A stretch of DNA of 64,000 nt from a bacterium (GTDB taxonomy: Bacteria > JADJOY01): assembly GCA_046331705.1 (NCBI GenBank), contig JAXLQJ010000005.1, positions 124,001-188,000 of the forward strand, in the 5' to 3' direction. The notes below the pieces were generated by a model. The model was not told the DNA's origin. It saw nothing but the letters and a program-made list of their open reading frames with translations, and made no database searches. Positions 46,309 through 57,671 of this stretch are shown here, one piece after another; position 1 is the stretch's first letter; the number at the start of each line of letters is the position of its first letter. A program made the position numbers and the translations under genes.

Positions 46309-46712
46309 GATCATCCGCGGCGACGACGACGATTGACGTCGTCCCTCGGGTCACCCCACGCATCCGCGAGCAGCGCGCTCCGTCGCGTCGCCCATCCACG
46401 CGCGCTCGAGGCGCGTGCTCCATCGCATCGGCACGGGGCGAAAGGCGCGAACCGTCGCCGCCCCCGGAACGGGCGGGACGCAACGAAAGTAGCAGTCTCA
46501 TCCCCCGAAGTACGCAGTCCCGACCGTCCCCGCCGGCGGCGCGCGGTGATCGCACGCGAAACGGGCGCCATCGACGGCCCTCACCGCTGGCTCGTTTCGT
46601 GCTGTAGTGGCGCGGGGATGTACGGACTCCTGACCTGATTCCGCACGCGCGCGCATGGTTTCCAGCATTCGCGGATCGATGGCAGGCTGGAGGCGGCGCT
46701 GAAGCCGCGATC

Positions 46713-48813
46713 GTGGCGCTTGTCGCGCGCTCGACGAGCCTGGCGGCGACGATCGCCGTCACGAGCACGGCTGACGATCTCGATCTCGGACCGAACGGCG
46801 ACTGCACGCTGCGCGAGGCGATCCTCGCTGCGAACGGCGACGTCGCCGTCGATGGCTGCGCGGCCGGCAGCGGCGCGGACACGATCGTCCTGCCCGCGGG
46901 GCGCTACACGCTCACCATCCCGCGCCCTGCCGACGACAGCGACTCACCGTTGGTCGGCGACCTCGACATCGCAGGCGACCTCACCGTCGAAGGCGCCGGT
47001 GCCGACGCCACGATCCTCGACGCCAACCACATCTCCCGCGCCCTCGACATCGCCGATGGCGGCCACACCGTCACCCTCCGCGACGTCACGATCACCAACG
47101 GCAACGCGGAGCTCGACCTGGGCAGGCCCACGATACCAGGCAGCGGGCGTGGCGAGCGTCGACGCATCGCTCGTCATCGAGCGTTTGGTATTCGATGGCG
47201 ACACCGCTCTCGGCGTCCGGCTACCGCGCTGGCGGCCTCGGTGGCGCACTGGCGAGCATCGGCGGGTCCGTCGCGGTGCATGACGCCGTCTTCGATCAAT
47301 ACCGCCGGATATCCAGGCGGCGGCGCGGTGTGGCTCTCGAACACCACAGCAACGTTCGTCGACTCGTCCTTTCTGGCCAATCACCAGTTCGGTGCAATCG
47401 CCGGCTTTCTCGGCAGCTTGTTCTACCTGGGCAGGGCCGAGATCTCCCGCTCGAACGAAGGCGTGATCTCCATCATGGGCTACGTTCGTAGAAATAATTC
47501 CAGGCCAGCTCGGCGGGCGCAATCGCCAGCGGCAGTCCGCACCGGCCCTGGAACTGCCGGTCTCGCTGCTCGCGGCATCATCGTTCATCAGCAATCCGCG
47601 CGGACTCGTGTGGCGGCGCCGTCCTGGCGGTCGGCGATCTCGACGTGCGGGAAGGCGAGTTCACGGGAAACTCGAGCGCTGGTGGCTGGAATGCCCGGCG
47701 CCGATCCACATAACAGGCATGATCGTGGCGTTCGAGATCCAACACGCTCCGACCGGTCACGGTCCACGACAACGGTGCGGCCATTCGGCGCCGGAGATAC
47801 TCGCCGCGCCCGACTCGACGGAGATCTCACTCTGACGGACTCCGTGGTGAGCGAGAACGCCGGCGACGAAGCCGGGGGCTTCTCGCACGGTCCTGGGGAC
47901 TTCCGCGATGCGAACCCTGACGCGAACGACGATCGCCGAAAACCAGGCGATCCGCTGCGCGGGCATCGCGTGGTCCCATCCGTTCCAAGAAAACGCGACC
48001 CTGGCAATGGCGAGCTCATCGATCGTCGCGAACGTGTCAGCAGAGCAAGGGAGCGGGCTGTGTTCCGAAGGTGATGCGACGAGCTCGGTCTTCATCGCAA
48101 GCTCCACGATCTCGGGAAACACGGATCCTACGGGAGCCCACGCGGTATCGATCGACGGACCGTCGGTCTCGTCAGCGGCCACGATCCTCGATGGCGACTG
48201 CGTGTTGGGTGCGGGGTCGACGATCACCAGCCGTGGCGGGAATCTCGAGAGCCCTGGGAACACCTGCGGTCTCGACCAGCCGAGCGATCTCGTGTCGGTG
48301 CCGAACGCCGGGCTCGGCGCGCTCGGCAACTACGGTGGCCCGACGCCCACCGTGCCGCTCTTGCCCGGTAGCCCCGCCATCGACTCACTGCTCGCCCTGC
48401 GCTGCGAAGGTACCGATCAACGCGGCGTCGAGCGTCCGCAGGACGGCGACGGCGACGGACTCGCCGTCTGCGATCGCGGCGCCTTCGAGGTCACCTGCAC
48501 CGGCGACGACACGGACGGCGACGGCTTCGCCGACGCTTGCGACAACTGCCCCACTCTCGCGAACGCCTCCCAGCTCGACGCCGACGGCGACTTCGTGGGC
48601 GACGGCTGCGACAACTGCCCCACCCTCGCCAACACCGACCAAGGCGACACCGACGGCGATGGCCTCGGCAACCTCTGCGACTCCATGCCCTGCGGCGGCA
48701 TCGGCCCGACGGCCAACCACCGCTCCGCATCCTACGGTCTGCTCACAGCCGCCCTCTCCGCGGCGTTGGTCGCGCTGCGGCGAAGCCGATCGCTCAGCCG
48801 TCGGGCGCGCTGA
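46713..48813 (+). pseudogene. CSLREA-domain / choice-of-anchor Q surface protein with TSP type-3 repeats, multiply frameshifted
   Basis: DCTLREAILAAN; GDLDI; beta-helix GG repeats scattered over three frames at about 47140-47910; [28 protein letters not shown]; DxDGDG..DNCP repeats; C-terminal TM plus Arg-rich tail. Confidence 0.7.
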
Positions 48814-49750
48814 GTCTCGTCCACGCGGCTTCGAGGCGCTTTTCGCGGGCGCTGCCGGCCACCGCGAGCAAGGCGCGATCGCGTTCCCAGCGCGCTCGGG
48901 TCGCATCGTCGACGCGCGCCCAACAGGGGTCGATCGCGACGAGCAGCCGCCCCTGGTCGCGAAACACGCCGCCGAGCGCGAGATGCGTGGCGATCGCGCG
49001 CGGATCGGCGAGTGCGAGCCCGCGCAGCGCCACCAGGTGCGCGAGCAAATCCTCGCGAAGGTCGCGCGGCCAGTCGAACACGAACGCGAGCCGTGTCAGG
49101 TGTGCGCCGAGCGCCGCCGCCACGTGCACGTCCTCGACGGTGCGGAAGGGCTTCACGTAGTCCGCGTAGCCGTCGCCGGGGAGCACGTCGTCGTCGGCCA
49201 CGGCCACCTCGTCGAGCGTCACGGCGCCGTGCGAGATCTCCGGGACGAACGCGATGCCGTGCATCGGCTCGACGGTCACGCCGGGGGCGTCGCCGCGCAC
49301 GCGCACCAGCTTGATCGCGGGCCGCCCGTCGGCAGCGAGACCGGCGCGCGCGGCGACGAGCAGCTCCGTTGCGTGCGGCGAATGCGTGGCCCAGCTCTTC
49401 CGCCCGTTGAGCCGCAGCGTGCCGGCGGCGGCGCGAACGAGCGTGGTCTCGAGGGCGCGCGGATGATTGCCCTTCGCCTCCGTCACGCAGAGCGAGACCA
49501 CGCGCTCCTCGGGAATCGCGGGCACGAGCCGGGCGAGCGCCGCCTGATAGCCCGCGGCGAAAGCGAACGCCACGCGGTCGGCGAGCGCGCCGCGCGCGAT
49601 CGCGCGGTCGACGGGCACGCGCCAATCCGCGGTTTCGGCGCGGATCGATTGCCACCACGCCGTGAGCGTGTCGTGCGTCTCGGCGGCGTCCCGCGCGCGC
49701 CCCACGGTGTGGACGAGCCAGTCGAGAATCCGTAGCTCGTCGTCGACCAC
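48794..49750 (-). CDS. Short acyl-CoA dehydrogenase-like protein
   Basis: [52 protein letters not shown] start inferred. Confidence 0.72.
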   Translation of the reverse strand: MVDDELRILDWLVHTVGRARDAAETHDTLTAWWQSIRAETADWRVPVDRAIARGALADRVAFAFAAGYQAALARLVPAIPEERVVSLCVTEAKGNHPRALETTLVRAAAGTLRLNGRKSWATHSPHATELLVAARAGLAADGRPAIKLVRVRGDAPGVTVEPMHGIAFVPEISHGAVTLDEVAVADDDVLPGDGYADYVKPFRTVEDVHVAAALGAHLTRLAFVFDWPRDLREDLLAHLVALRGLALADPRAIATHLALGGVFRDQGRLLVAIDPCWARVDDATRARWERDRALLAVAGSAREKRLEAAWTRLSAPDG

Positions 49751-49752
49751 CG

Positions 49753-50409
49753 TCAGGGCTCGCGCGCCTCGGTGGCGATCAGGTCCAGCACCTGGGCGAG
49801 CCGTTCGATGTCGAGGTCGCCGGGGCGGCGGAAGCCCACGAATCGCACCCCCGCGCCGCGCGCCGCCTCCTCGTCGAAGCGCGAATCGCCCACCACGATC
49901 GCCTCGCCGCGAGCGACCGCGAGCAGCTCGCACGCACGCTCGACCATGTCGGGCGCGGGCTTGGCGCGTGCCACGTCGTTGCCGCCCACCACCACGTCGG
50001 GCCGCAGCGACGCGATCGCGAGGATCTCGCGCGCCAGCTCGCGAGGCGTGTTGGTGATCACCGCGGTGCGCACGCCGCGCTGCCGCAGCTCGGCGAGGAC
50101 GGGTGCCGCGGCGGGATCGATGCGCAGATGCTCGCCGTGATCCCGAAAATGGAGCGTGTAGTAGCGCTCGATCTCGTCGACGCCGTGGCGGGGGAAGAAC
50201 GTGGCCACGTCCGCATCCACACCCTGCCCCCACGAAGCGTGGAACGCCTCGCGCGAGACCGGCGCGTAGCCGAGATCGCGGGAGGCTCCGTCGATCAGGT
50301 GGAACCACACCTCGTAGCTCTCGACCAGGACGCCGTCCATGTCGAAGAGCACGGCGCGCGGGCCGCGAGCAGCGTCGAGCGACGCGCGCACCGGAGCCGC
50401 GCCGGTCAC
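49753..50409 (-). CDS. HAD-family hydrolase (phosphoglycolate phosphatase-like)
   Basis: FDMDGVL, ITN, KPAPD, VGDS..D. Confidence 0.88.
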   Translation of the reverse strand: MTGAAPVRASLDAARGPRAVLFDMDGVLVESYEVWFHLIDGASRDLGYAPVSREAFHASWGQGVDADVATFFPRHGVDEIERYYTLHFRDHGEHLRIDPAAAPVLAELRQRGVRTAVITNTPRELAREILAIASLRPDVVVGGNDVARAKPAPDMVERACELLAVARGEAIVVGDSRFDEEAARGAGVRFVGFRRPGDLDIERLAQVLDLIATEAREP

Positions 50410-50852
50410 AGCACTTCGAGCACTTCGTCGGCGTGGCGCGCCGCGTTCACGTCGTCGAAGACGTGCGCGATCTTGCCCTTCTCGTCGATGATGAACGTCC
50501 AGCGGCGGTTGAGACCGAGCACGCCCATCAGCCCGCCGATGGTGCCGTAGGCCTTACCGATGGCCTTATCCGGGTCGGCGAGCAGCGGGAAGTTGAGCTT
50601 GAACTTGCTGGTGAACTTCTGGTGCGAGGCGACGTCGTCGCTCGAGACGCCGAGCACCTCGGCGCCTTTGGCGCGGATCTCGGAGATGTGGTCGCGGAAG
50701 CTGCACGCCTCCTTGGTGCAACCCGGCGTGTCGTCCTTCGGGTAGAAGTAGAGGACCACCTTCTTGCCCCGGAAATCGGCGAGCTTCACGGTCTTGCCGG
50801 TGGTGTCCTGGGTGGTGAACTCGGGCGCCGCGTCGCCGACCTTGAGCTTCAT
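50406..50852 (-). CDS. bcp: Peroxiredoxin Bcp/PrxQ
   Basis: [37 protein letters not shown]. Confidence 0.93.
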   Translation of the reverse strand: MKLKVGDAAPEFTTQDTTGKTVKLADFRGKKVVLYFYPKDDTPGCTKEACSFRDHISEIRAKGAEVLGVSSDDVASHQKFTSKFKLNFPLLADPDKAIGKAYGTIGGLMGVLGLNRRWTFIIDEKGKIAHVFDDVNAARHADEVLEVL

Positions 50853-51032
50853 TCGATTGCCCCCGTCGCATGTGCGTGAAACGCGCAACGTAGTCGAGGG
50901 CCTCGTTCCGGCGCAATCGAAGGAAGGGCGACGCGGCGGATCGAGGCCACGCGCCGGCGACTCCGCACGCGTTGCGGGCCCTCGGGATCTTCCCTAGGAT
51001 CGGCGGCACTTCTCCCGAGCACGAGGTCCTCG

Positions 51033-53426
51033 ATGCCATCATCCGCGCGGTTTCAGCGGCCGTTCGTCGCCACGCTGCTCGCGATCTGCACGTCGTGCGC
51101 CGTGCCACCGAGGATCTACGTCGATCACCCGGAGGTCTTCACGCGGGAGCGACTGCTGACCGCGCGCAATCGCGAGCAGTACTGGCTCGAGAAGCAGCTC
51201 GAACGCGACACGGAACCCGGCCTCCAGGGTCTGCGCCAGCTCACGAGGTTTCAGGGCACCTTCGTCGAGGCCGCGGCATCGGTCGGACCGGCCTCGAGCG
51301 ACGAGACGTCGGGAGTGGGGAGCAAGGCACCCGCCGTGCCCGAGGCGGGGCTGCCCGATCCGTCGAAGATCGTCCGATCGCAAGCGAAGCTCACGGCGAT
51401 CGAGGAATTCGAGGAGCGGCTCGCGTACCGCAACGCCGTCAACGCCTCCTTGCGCGAGGTGGAGCTCGACGACGCGCACGATCTCTTCGGTCAAACCATC
51501 TACACGCTCAAGTTCGACGTGACGGTGCTGCCTGGCGAGAGCGATGCCGACTACGCCGTCCTCGACTTCTGGCTGTGCAACGTCGGGTACCAGGAGGGTC
51601 AAGATCAGGACCGATGCCAGCCGACGAAGATCGACGCGCTGGATCAGGGCGACGAGCCGGCACCTGCACCACCTTCGACGGACCCCACACCAAAGACACC
51701 GGCAGCGAAGAACGCACCGTCCAAGGACGACGCCGCGTTCGACGATCCGGACAGCGTCCGCGCGCGCACGTTCATCCACCGCTGGGCCGAGAGCGTCCAG
51801 AACGAGATCAACACCACGATCGCCTCGTACCAGCGGCGGATCTTCGAGAAGTCGCTGGGCGAGGAGGAACGAGGCCGCCTGCTCGCGGAATCCCAATCGC
51901 TCTACGACGAGCACGGCGCTCCGTCGCTGCAAGCGATTCTGCAGGAGGGCGACAGATCCCGGATGGCGGTCGACGCAAGGCAACCCGAGGTCGACCCGGC
52001 CCGCCGCGTCGCGGTGGGCCGTGACCTCGCCCACCTGGTCGCCGACCGGTACCGATTCGCGTTCTACGACCTGCTGTGGATCAGCGAACCGCGCCAGCTC
52101 CCGAACGACCGCATCCCGACCCACGTGGTGGGGGTCGCCCTCGCCCAGCGAACGGGCGAGACCGTCGCGCAGGCCGAGAAACGCGTCTGGCAGGCGCTCG
52201 TCGATCGATACGACCAACACGTGCAGCCGCTGGCACGTGGCACGGGCTTCGTCTACTCCGTCGAGCCCAAGAGCTACGCGCAGAACGTCTCCGACGTCGC
52301 GGGACGCGAGAGCATGCGCGTGCTGATCGCCTCACTCGCCGCCTCTGGGAAGAAGGATCGGATCGCCGCGAAGGAGTTCAACCAGACGATCGACCAGACA
52401 CAGCAGCTCCTGCAGACGATCGAGCGCCACCCTCGCGTGGTGGGGTACGTCCGCGGGCGCCAGCAATTCGGCTGGCTCATCGGCCCGCGCTTCGCGATCG
52501 ACGATTCGGGCCGGGTCTCGTTCGAGCACACTCCGGAGCAGCTCTCGATGCAGGTGTCGGTCGCGATTCCCGCGCTCGCGACCCATCTCAAGATCTACGG
52601 CCGCTATCGCTGGTATCACCCCGACGGCTCGCCCGCGCACCGGCAGTGGTGGCTCGTGGGCGCTGCCCGGTCCACGGATCTCTGGCCGGAGCACGCCCGC
52701 AACATGCTCGCCGTGAGCTTGCCCTACGATCCGTCGGCGGTGACCACGACGATCCTCTCGGCACGTTATGGCGAGACCACCGGCCACAGCCGGTCTGCGC
52801 AATACGGTACGGCGGCCAGCGACGATCGTCCCACGACCAGCGGCCCCGGAACCTCCTGGAGCTCGGCGGCGTCCGCGCCTCTCGTGGAGACGACGCACTA
52901 CGAGGTGCGCGCCGGTGAGGCTCAGGAGCTCGTGATCCGGGGACTCCGTCTCTGGAAGAACCCGCAGGTCTTCGTGGGGGGACAACGCGCCGATCGCGTC
53001 GAGGTGCTGCCGGACATGAAAGGACTCTGGGCTCGGTTCGAGCAGCTGCGCATGCCTCCCGCGGTCACCCAGGAACGAGCGCCGCGCGACCCGCGCTCGC
53101 CGCCGCCGCCGAGCGGGGTCTCGCGAAGTGTGGTGCCGGCCTACGTCGCCGCCGCGAAGGAGATCGAGATCGAGCGCACGCGAAAGGGAAGTGGCGCCGA
53201 GGATACGCGCATCAAGGAGGTGCAACATGCCGTCGCGATCCCCGGCGCGGATTACGTCGATGCGGACCTGGACGTCGTGACCTCGAACGGCGCGGCGCAG
53301 ATTCCCGGCGGCGTGCGCATCCACCCACCGATCCCGAGGGCGTTCCTCGAATCGCCAGCGAAGCCGACGGCGCCTTCAGCACCTCCCGCGAAGCCCGAGA
53401 CGCCGGCCAAGCCGACCGGGAGATGA
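51033..53426 (+). CDS. Large hypothetical lipoprotein
   Basis: 797-aa ORF with GC3-rich codon usage; lipoprotein-like signal LLAICTSC; no family recognised. Confidence 0.7.
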   Translation: MPSSARFQRPFVATLLAICTSCAVPPRIYVDHPEVFTRERLLTARNREQYWLEKQLERDTEPGLQGLRQLTRFQGTFVEAAASVGPASSDETSGVGSKAPAVPEAGLPDPSKIVRSQAKLTAIEEFEERLAYRNAVNASLREVELDDAHDLFGQTIYTLKFDVTVLPGESDADYAVLDFWLCNVGYQEGQDQDRCQPTKIDALDQGDEPAPAPPSTDPTPKTPAAKNAPSKDDAAFDDPDSVRARTFIHRWAESVQNEINTTIASYQRRIFEKSLGEEERGRLLAESQSLYDEHGAPSLQAILQEGDRSRMAVDARQPEVDPARRVAVGRDLAHLVADRYRFAFYDLLWISEPRQLPNDRIPTHVVGVALAQRTGETVAQAEKRVWQALVDRYDQHVQPLARGTGFVYSVEPKSYAQNVSDVAGRESMRVLIASLAASGKKDRIAAKEFNQTIDQTQQLLQTIERHPRVVGYVRGRQQFGWLIGPRFAIDDSGRVSFEHTPEQLSMQVSVAIPALATHLKIYGRYRWYHPDGSPAHRQWWLVGAARSTDLWPEHARNMLAVSLPYDPSAVTTTILSARYGETTGHSRSAQYGTAASDDRPTTSGPGTSWSSAASAPLVETTHYEVRAGEAQELVIRGLRLWKNPQVFVGGQRADRVEVLPDMKGLWARFEQLRMPPAVTQERAPRDPRSPPPPSGVSRSVVPAYVAAAKEIEIERTRKGSGAEDTRIKEVQHAVAIPGADYVDADLDVVTSNGAAQIPGGVRIHPPIPRAFLESPAKPTAPSAPPAKPETPAKPTGR

Positions 53427-53429
53427 GCG

Positions 53430-54932
53430 ATGCGAGCCCGCCGAGCCACGCAGACGTCGCACCGCCCGATCGCTCCGCTGCGCTCCGTGGGCTCGATCCT
53501 CGTCGGAACGACGTTGCTTGCGGGCATCGCGTGTGCCCGGCTCGGCACCGCGACGGGCCAGCGGGAGGCGACGCCGCCGACCGGCCACCCCATCACCGCG
53601 ATCGTCGGCGCGACCGTCATCCACCCCGAACGCGACGAGGCGGCGGCGGTTGCGCCGGACACCACCCTCGTCATCGAGGGCGAGCGGATTCGCGCCGTCG
53701 GACCGCGCGAGTCCGTCGCGGTGCCGGCAGGCGCGACCATCGTCGACGGAAGCGGGAAATGGGTGGTGCCCGGCCTCGTCGACGGACACGTGCACTTCTT
53801 CCAGTCCGGGAATCTCTACACGCGGCCGGACGTCGCGGACTTCCACGCCGTGGTGCCGTACGCCGCCGAGGTGGCGCGCAACCGAGCGCGATTGCCGGCC
53901 ACCTTCGTGGTCTGGTTGGCGAGCGGTGTCACGGGTGTCGTGGACGTGGGCGGCCCGATGTGGAACTTCGAGGTGCGCGACGCCGCTCGCGCCAATCCGC
54001 TCGCGCCCATCGTCAAGGTCGCCGGGCCGCTGGTGTCCATGATCGACCGGCCCCAACTCGACCTCGGCGATCCGCCGATCATCCGGGCCGCATCCGCGGA
54101 CGAAGCACGAGCGCTCGTCGCCCGTGAGCTCGCCCGCCAGCCCGACTACGTGAAGGTTTGGTTCATTCACGACTCAGGTGACGATCTCGCCGCGCAGTCG
54201 GTCATCGTGAAGGCCGCCGCCGACGCCGCCCACGCCGCCGGGGTGCCGCTCGCGGTCCACGCCACCGAGCGGGTGACCGCCAAGGCGGCGCTGCGCTGCG
54301 GCGCCGACTACCTCGTGCACTCGGTCGAGGACGAGCCCGTGGATGCCGAGTTCCTGGCGCTCGCGAAGCAACGTCACGCGCTCTATTGCCCGACGCTCTT
54401 CGTGGGATCGGGCTACGACTACGCGCTCTCGAATCGCTGGCGCCCCACCGATGCCGAGTCACGCCTCGCCGATCCGCGGATTCTCGCCTCCATGCGGGAC
54501 CTCGACCGGATGCCCACGGAGAAGATCCCCGACCGCGTGAGGAAGTACATGGCGCGCAGCGGCCCGATCGACGTGCCGCGGGTGCTCCTCGACAACCTGC
54601 GAGCGGTCCGTGACGCCGGCATCCCGATCGTGATGGGCACCGACGCCGGCAACATCGGCACGCTCCACGGACCTTCCGTGTACCGCGAGATGGCGCTCAT
54701 GGAGCGCGCCGGGCTGAGCCGCCTCGAGGTGCTGCGCTCGGCGACCACCCACGGTGCCAGGGCCTTGCGCATGGAAGGCGAGGTCGGCGCGATCCGGCCT
54801 GGGATGATCGCGGACCTGGTCGTCGCCGACGCCAATCCACTCGACGATCTGGCGAACCTGAGCCGTGCCTGGCGCGTGGTGAAGGACGGCCGCTTCCACG
54901 ATCCACGCGAGCTCATGGCCGCCCTCGATTGA
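53430..54932 (+). CDS. Exported amidohydrolase family protein
   Basis: PGLVDGHVH, VKVW, AVHA, LVHS, GTDAG, GMIADLVV..NPL; signal/lipoprotein N-terminus. Confidence 0.88.
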   Translation: MRARRATQTSHRPIAPLRSVGSILVGTTLLAGIACARLGTATGQREATPPTGHPITAIVGATVIHPERDEAAAVAPDTTLVIEGERIRAVGPRESVAVPAGATIVDGSGKWVVPGLVDGHVHFFQSGNLYTRPDVADFHAVVPYAAEVARNRARLPATFVVWLASGVTGVVDVGGPMWNFEVRDAARANPLAPIVKVAGPLVSMIDRPQLDLGDPPIIRAASADEARALVARELARQPDYVKVWFIHDSGDDLAAQSVIVKAAADAAHAAGVPLAVHATERVTAKAALRCGADYLVHSVEDEPVDAEFLALAKQRHALYCPTLFVGSGYDYALSNRWRPTDAESRLADPRILASMRDLDRMPTEKIPDRVRKYMARSGPIDVPRVLLDNLRAVRDAGIPIVMGTDAGNIGTLHGPSVYREMALMERAGLSRLEVLRSATTHGARALRMEGEVGAIRPGMIADLVVADANPLDDLANLSRAWRVVKDGRFHDPRELMAALD

Positions 54933-55934
54933 ATGCCCGAGCTTCCCGACCTCACCGTCTATCTCGGTTGCTTGGCACCGCGAGTGCTCGGCCAGACGAT
55001 CGAGCGCGTCCGCATCCAGAGCCCGTTCCTGGTGCGCACGGCCGACCCGCCCATTCGCGCGATCGAAGGCAAGCGCGTGACGGGATTGCGCCGCGTGGGC
55101 AAGCGGATCGTGCTGGCGCTCGAGGACGATCTCTTCCTCATCATCCACCTGATGATCGCGGGGCGCTTGCGCTGGCGCGAGCGGGGCGCCGCCGTGCCCG
55201 GCAAGCTCGGCCTCGCCGCATTCGACTTCCCGAGCGGGGCGCTGCTCGTCACCGAAGCGAGCAGCCACAAGCGCGCCGCGGTCCACCTGGTGCGCGGCGA
55301 AGCGGCGCTCGCCGCCCACGATCCGGGCGGCATCGAGCCGCTCGAATGCGACGCGGCGGCATTCCGCGTGGCGCTCGCGCGCGAGAACCGCACCCTCAAG
55401 CGCGCGCTCACCGATCCGCGCCTGGTGAGCGGCATCGGCAACGCCTACTCCGACGAGATCCTGCACCGCGCGCGGCTCTCGCCCCTGACCCTCACGAGCC
55501 GCCTCGGCGACGAGGAGTGGGGCCGCCTCTTCGCGGCGACGCGCACGACCTTGATCGAATGGACGGACCGACTTCGCGCCGCGGTCGGCGACGGCTTCCC
55601 CGAGAAGGTCACCGCCTTCCACGACGCGATGGCGGTCCATGGCCGCTTCGGAAAACCGTGCCCCGACTGTGGCGCTGCCGTGCAGCGGCTGGTCTTCGCA
55701 GCGAACGAGGCCAACTACTGCGCGCGCTGTCAGACCGGCGGCCGGCTGCTGGCGGATCGCGCGCTCTCGAAGCTCATGAAGCAGGATTGGCCACGCTCGC
55801 TGGAAGAGCTCGAGGAACGCCGAGAGCGAGCGAGCTCGCCGACGATCGAGCGCTCCGAGACGAGCCCACCGCGCCCGCCCACCAACCCGGCGGCACGAAA
55901 TCAGCGCCCATCACGGGGTACGACACGCTCGTGA
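54933..55934 (+). CDS. Fpg/Nei family DNA glycosylase
   Basis: N-terminal MPELPD, GKR, HLMIAG, H2TH GIGNAYSDEIL, CPDC..CARCQ zinc finger. Confidence 0.9.
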   Translation: MPELPDLTVYLGCLAPRVLGQTIERVRIQSPFLVRTADPPIRAIEGKRVTGLRRVGKRIVLALEDDLFLIIHLMIAGRLRWRERGAAVPGKLGLAAFDFPSGALLVTEASSHKRAAVHLVRGEAALAAHDPGGIEPLECDAAAFRVALARENRTLKRALTDPRLVSGIGNAYSDEILHRARLSPLTLTSRLGDEEWGRLFAATRTTLIEWTDRLRAAVGDGFPEKVTAFHDAMAVHGRFGKPCPDCGAAVQRLVFAANEANYCARCQTGGRLLADRALSKLMKQDWPRSLEELEERRERASSPTIERSETSPPRPPTNPAARNQRPSRGTTRS

Positions 55935-56262
55935 ACGCCGCCGGTCGCGGCCAGCCGCGGCGCTGCGCCCACCGCAGGATCCCGAGCACGGCCGTCGTCT
56001 CGTAGAGCTCCTCGAGACCGAAGACCAGCGCCAGCGTCACGATCCACGGCGCGGCGAAGATCCCGCCCATCCCCAGCCCGATGAGCGCGAGACCGGCGAG
56101 CGCGAACCGCAGCGCCGCCACGAGGGGAATCGCGCGAGCGAGTGTGTCGTGTCCTGCGCGGCTCGCCGCCACGAACGTTGGAAACCCGACGACCAAGCGA
56201 GTCGAGCCGATTCCCGCGAGGATCGCGCCAGCGGTGAGCGCAGCCAGCATCGCCACCCACAT
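55774..56262 (-). CDS. Small hypothetical membrane protein
   Basis: GGAGG RBS; three hydrophobic helices ending GLEELYET; 3' end overlaps the Fpg gene. Confidence 0.55.
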   Translation of the reverse strand: MWVAMLAALTAGAILAGIGSTRLVVGFPTFVAASRAGHDTLARAIPLVAALRFALAGLALIGLGMGGIFAAPWIVTLALVFGLEELYETTAVLGILRWAQRRGWPRPAAFTSVSYPVMGADFVPPGWWAGAVGSSRSARSSASSLALGVPRALPASVANPAS

Positions 56263-56631
56263 CGTCACCTCCCGAGGCGTTCGCGCCGCGCGGCGGGCGC
56301 GAGGCCTTGCCGCGATCGAACCAGCAAGCACGGTGCCGCGGCGCGAGACCGCGAACGCGCGGCAGCGCGCAACACGACGGGCGCGGACGCCGCCCGATGC
56401 GTCTTGGCGACACGCCTGCGTGCAGCCGCAAGCGGCACGGCGAATGCCGCGCGTCGAGCGTAAGCGACGCCTGGAATTGGCCCCGCAGGTCGAACACGCG
56501 GTGCCCTGCGGACGAACGATCCACGGACCCGCGACGGAGACCGACGCCCCTTGACCCCGGCGCTCCGCGATCCGTACGATGACCGGATCCACACGATCCG
56601 CGCCATGCAGCGCGGGAAGGAGCGCGAATCC

Positions 56632-57534
56632 ATGAATCGAACGCGATGGGGCCGATTGGTCGCCACGGCTGCAGCGGCGGCCACCCTCGGCGCGAGCGTG
56701 GCCCAAGCAGGTGCCGACGATCGGCCGTTCACCCTCGGCGACACCGAGTACGCGAGCCAGGCGGCGTTCGTGAAGAGCGGACGCCGCTGCGCGACGCCCG
56801 AGGTCGACGCCGACACGGCTGCCGAGATCGACGCCGAGGTCCGCGACCATCTCGCGCGCCATCCCGGCATCGAGCTCAGCACCCCCGCCACCATCAACGT
56901 CTACGTGCACGTGATCTACAGCGGAACGACGGGCAACGTGCCGGACTCTCAGATCTCGGCGCAGATCGCGGTGCTGAACGCCGCTTACGCGGGAACCGGC
57001 CTCTCCTTCACGCTGGCCGGTGTCGACCGCACCAACAACGCCACCTGGTTCGCGATGTCGGACGGCACCTCCGCGGAGTCGGCAGCGAAGACCGCGTTGC
57101 GCCGGGGCGGCAAGGCCGACCTCAACCTCTACACCGCCAATCCGAGCGGCGGGATCCTCGGCTGGGCGACGTTCCCGTGGAGCTACAACTCGAATCCCAA
57201 GGACGACGGCGTGGTCGTCCTCTACTCGTCGCTGCCGGGCGGCACCGCCGCTCCCTACAACGAGGGCGATACGGCCACCCACGAGATCGGCCACTGGGTC
57301 GGGCTCTATCACACCTTCCAGGGCGCCTGCACCAACTCGGGCGACAGCGTCTCGGACACTCCCGCCGAGCGCAGCGCCGCCTACGGTTGCCCGACGGGTC
57401 GGGACAGCTGCAAGACCAAGTCGGGCCTCGACCCGATCACGAACTTCATGGACTACACCGACGACTCCTGCATGAACAAGTTCAGCGCGGGTCAGATCAC
57501 GCGACTCAAGAGCATGCTCGCGACGTATCGCTGA
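56632..57534 (+). CDS. Secreted M43 (pappalysin/ulilysin-like) zinc metalloprotease
   Basis: Signal peptide; RCAT cysteine-switch-like propeptide; [21 protein letters not shown] Met-turn; FSAGQ. Confidence 0.92.
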   Translation: MNRTRWGRLVATAAAAATLGASVAQAGADDRPFTLGDTEYASQAAFVKSGRRCATPEVDADTAAEIDAEVRDHLARHPGIELSTPATINVYVHVIYSGTTGNVPDSQISAQIAVLNAAYAGTGLSFTLAGVDRTNNATWFAMSDGTSAESAAKTALRRGGKADLNLYTANPSGGILGWATFPWSYNSNPKDDGVVVLYSSLPGGTAAPYNEGDTATHEIGHWVGLYHTFQGACTNSGDSVSDTPAERSAAYGCPTGRDSCKTKSGLDPITNFMDYTDDSCMNKFSAGQITRLKSMLATYR

Positions 57535-57575
57535 GGATCGCGCGAAACCGGCTCGCCGACGCCGCGAGCCGCTCG

Positions 57576-57602
57576 ACGGGCTCCCCTCGGGGAGCCCGTT
57601 TT
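57576..57602 (+). terminator. Rho-independent terminator after the protease gene
   Basis: ACGGGCTCCC-CTCG-GGGAGCCCGT followed by TTT. Confidence 0.75.
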
Positions 57603-57671
57603 CGATTCCGCCGAGCGCGACGCGACCCTTCCCGGACGGACAGAGGGCGACTCTCGATCGCGCCTCATCCC

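Noticed and set aside
48505-48680. Repeated GACGGCGAC / GACAACTGCCCC units as a possible CRISPR or DNA repeat
   Set aside because: They encode thrombospondin type-3 calcium-binding repeats (DxDGDG..DNCP); there is no repeat-spacer structure and no cas genes.
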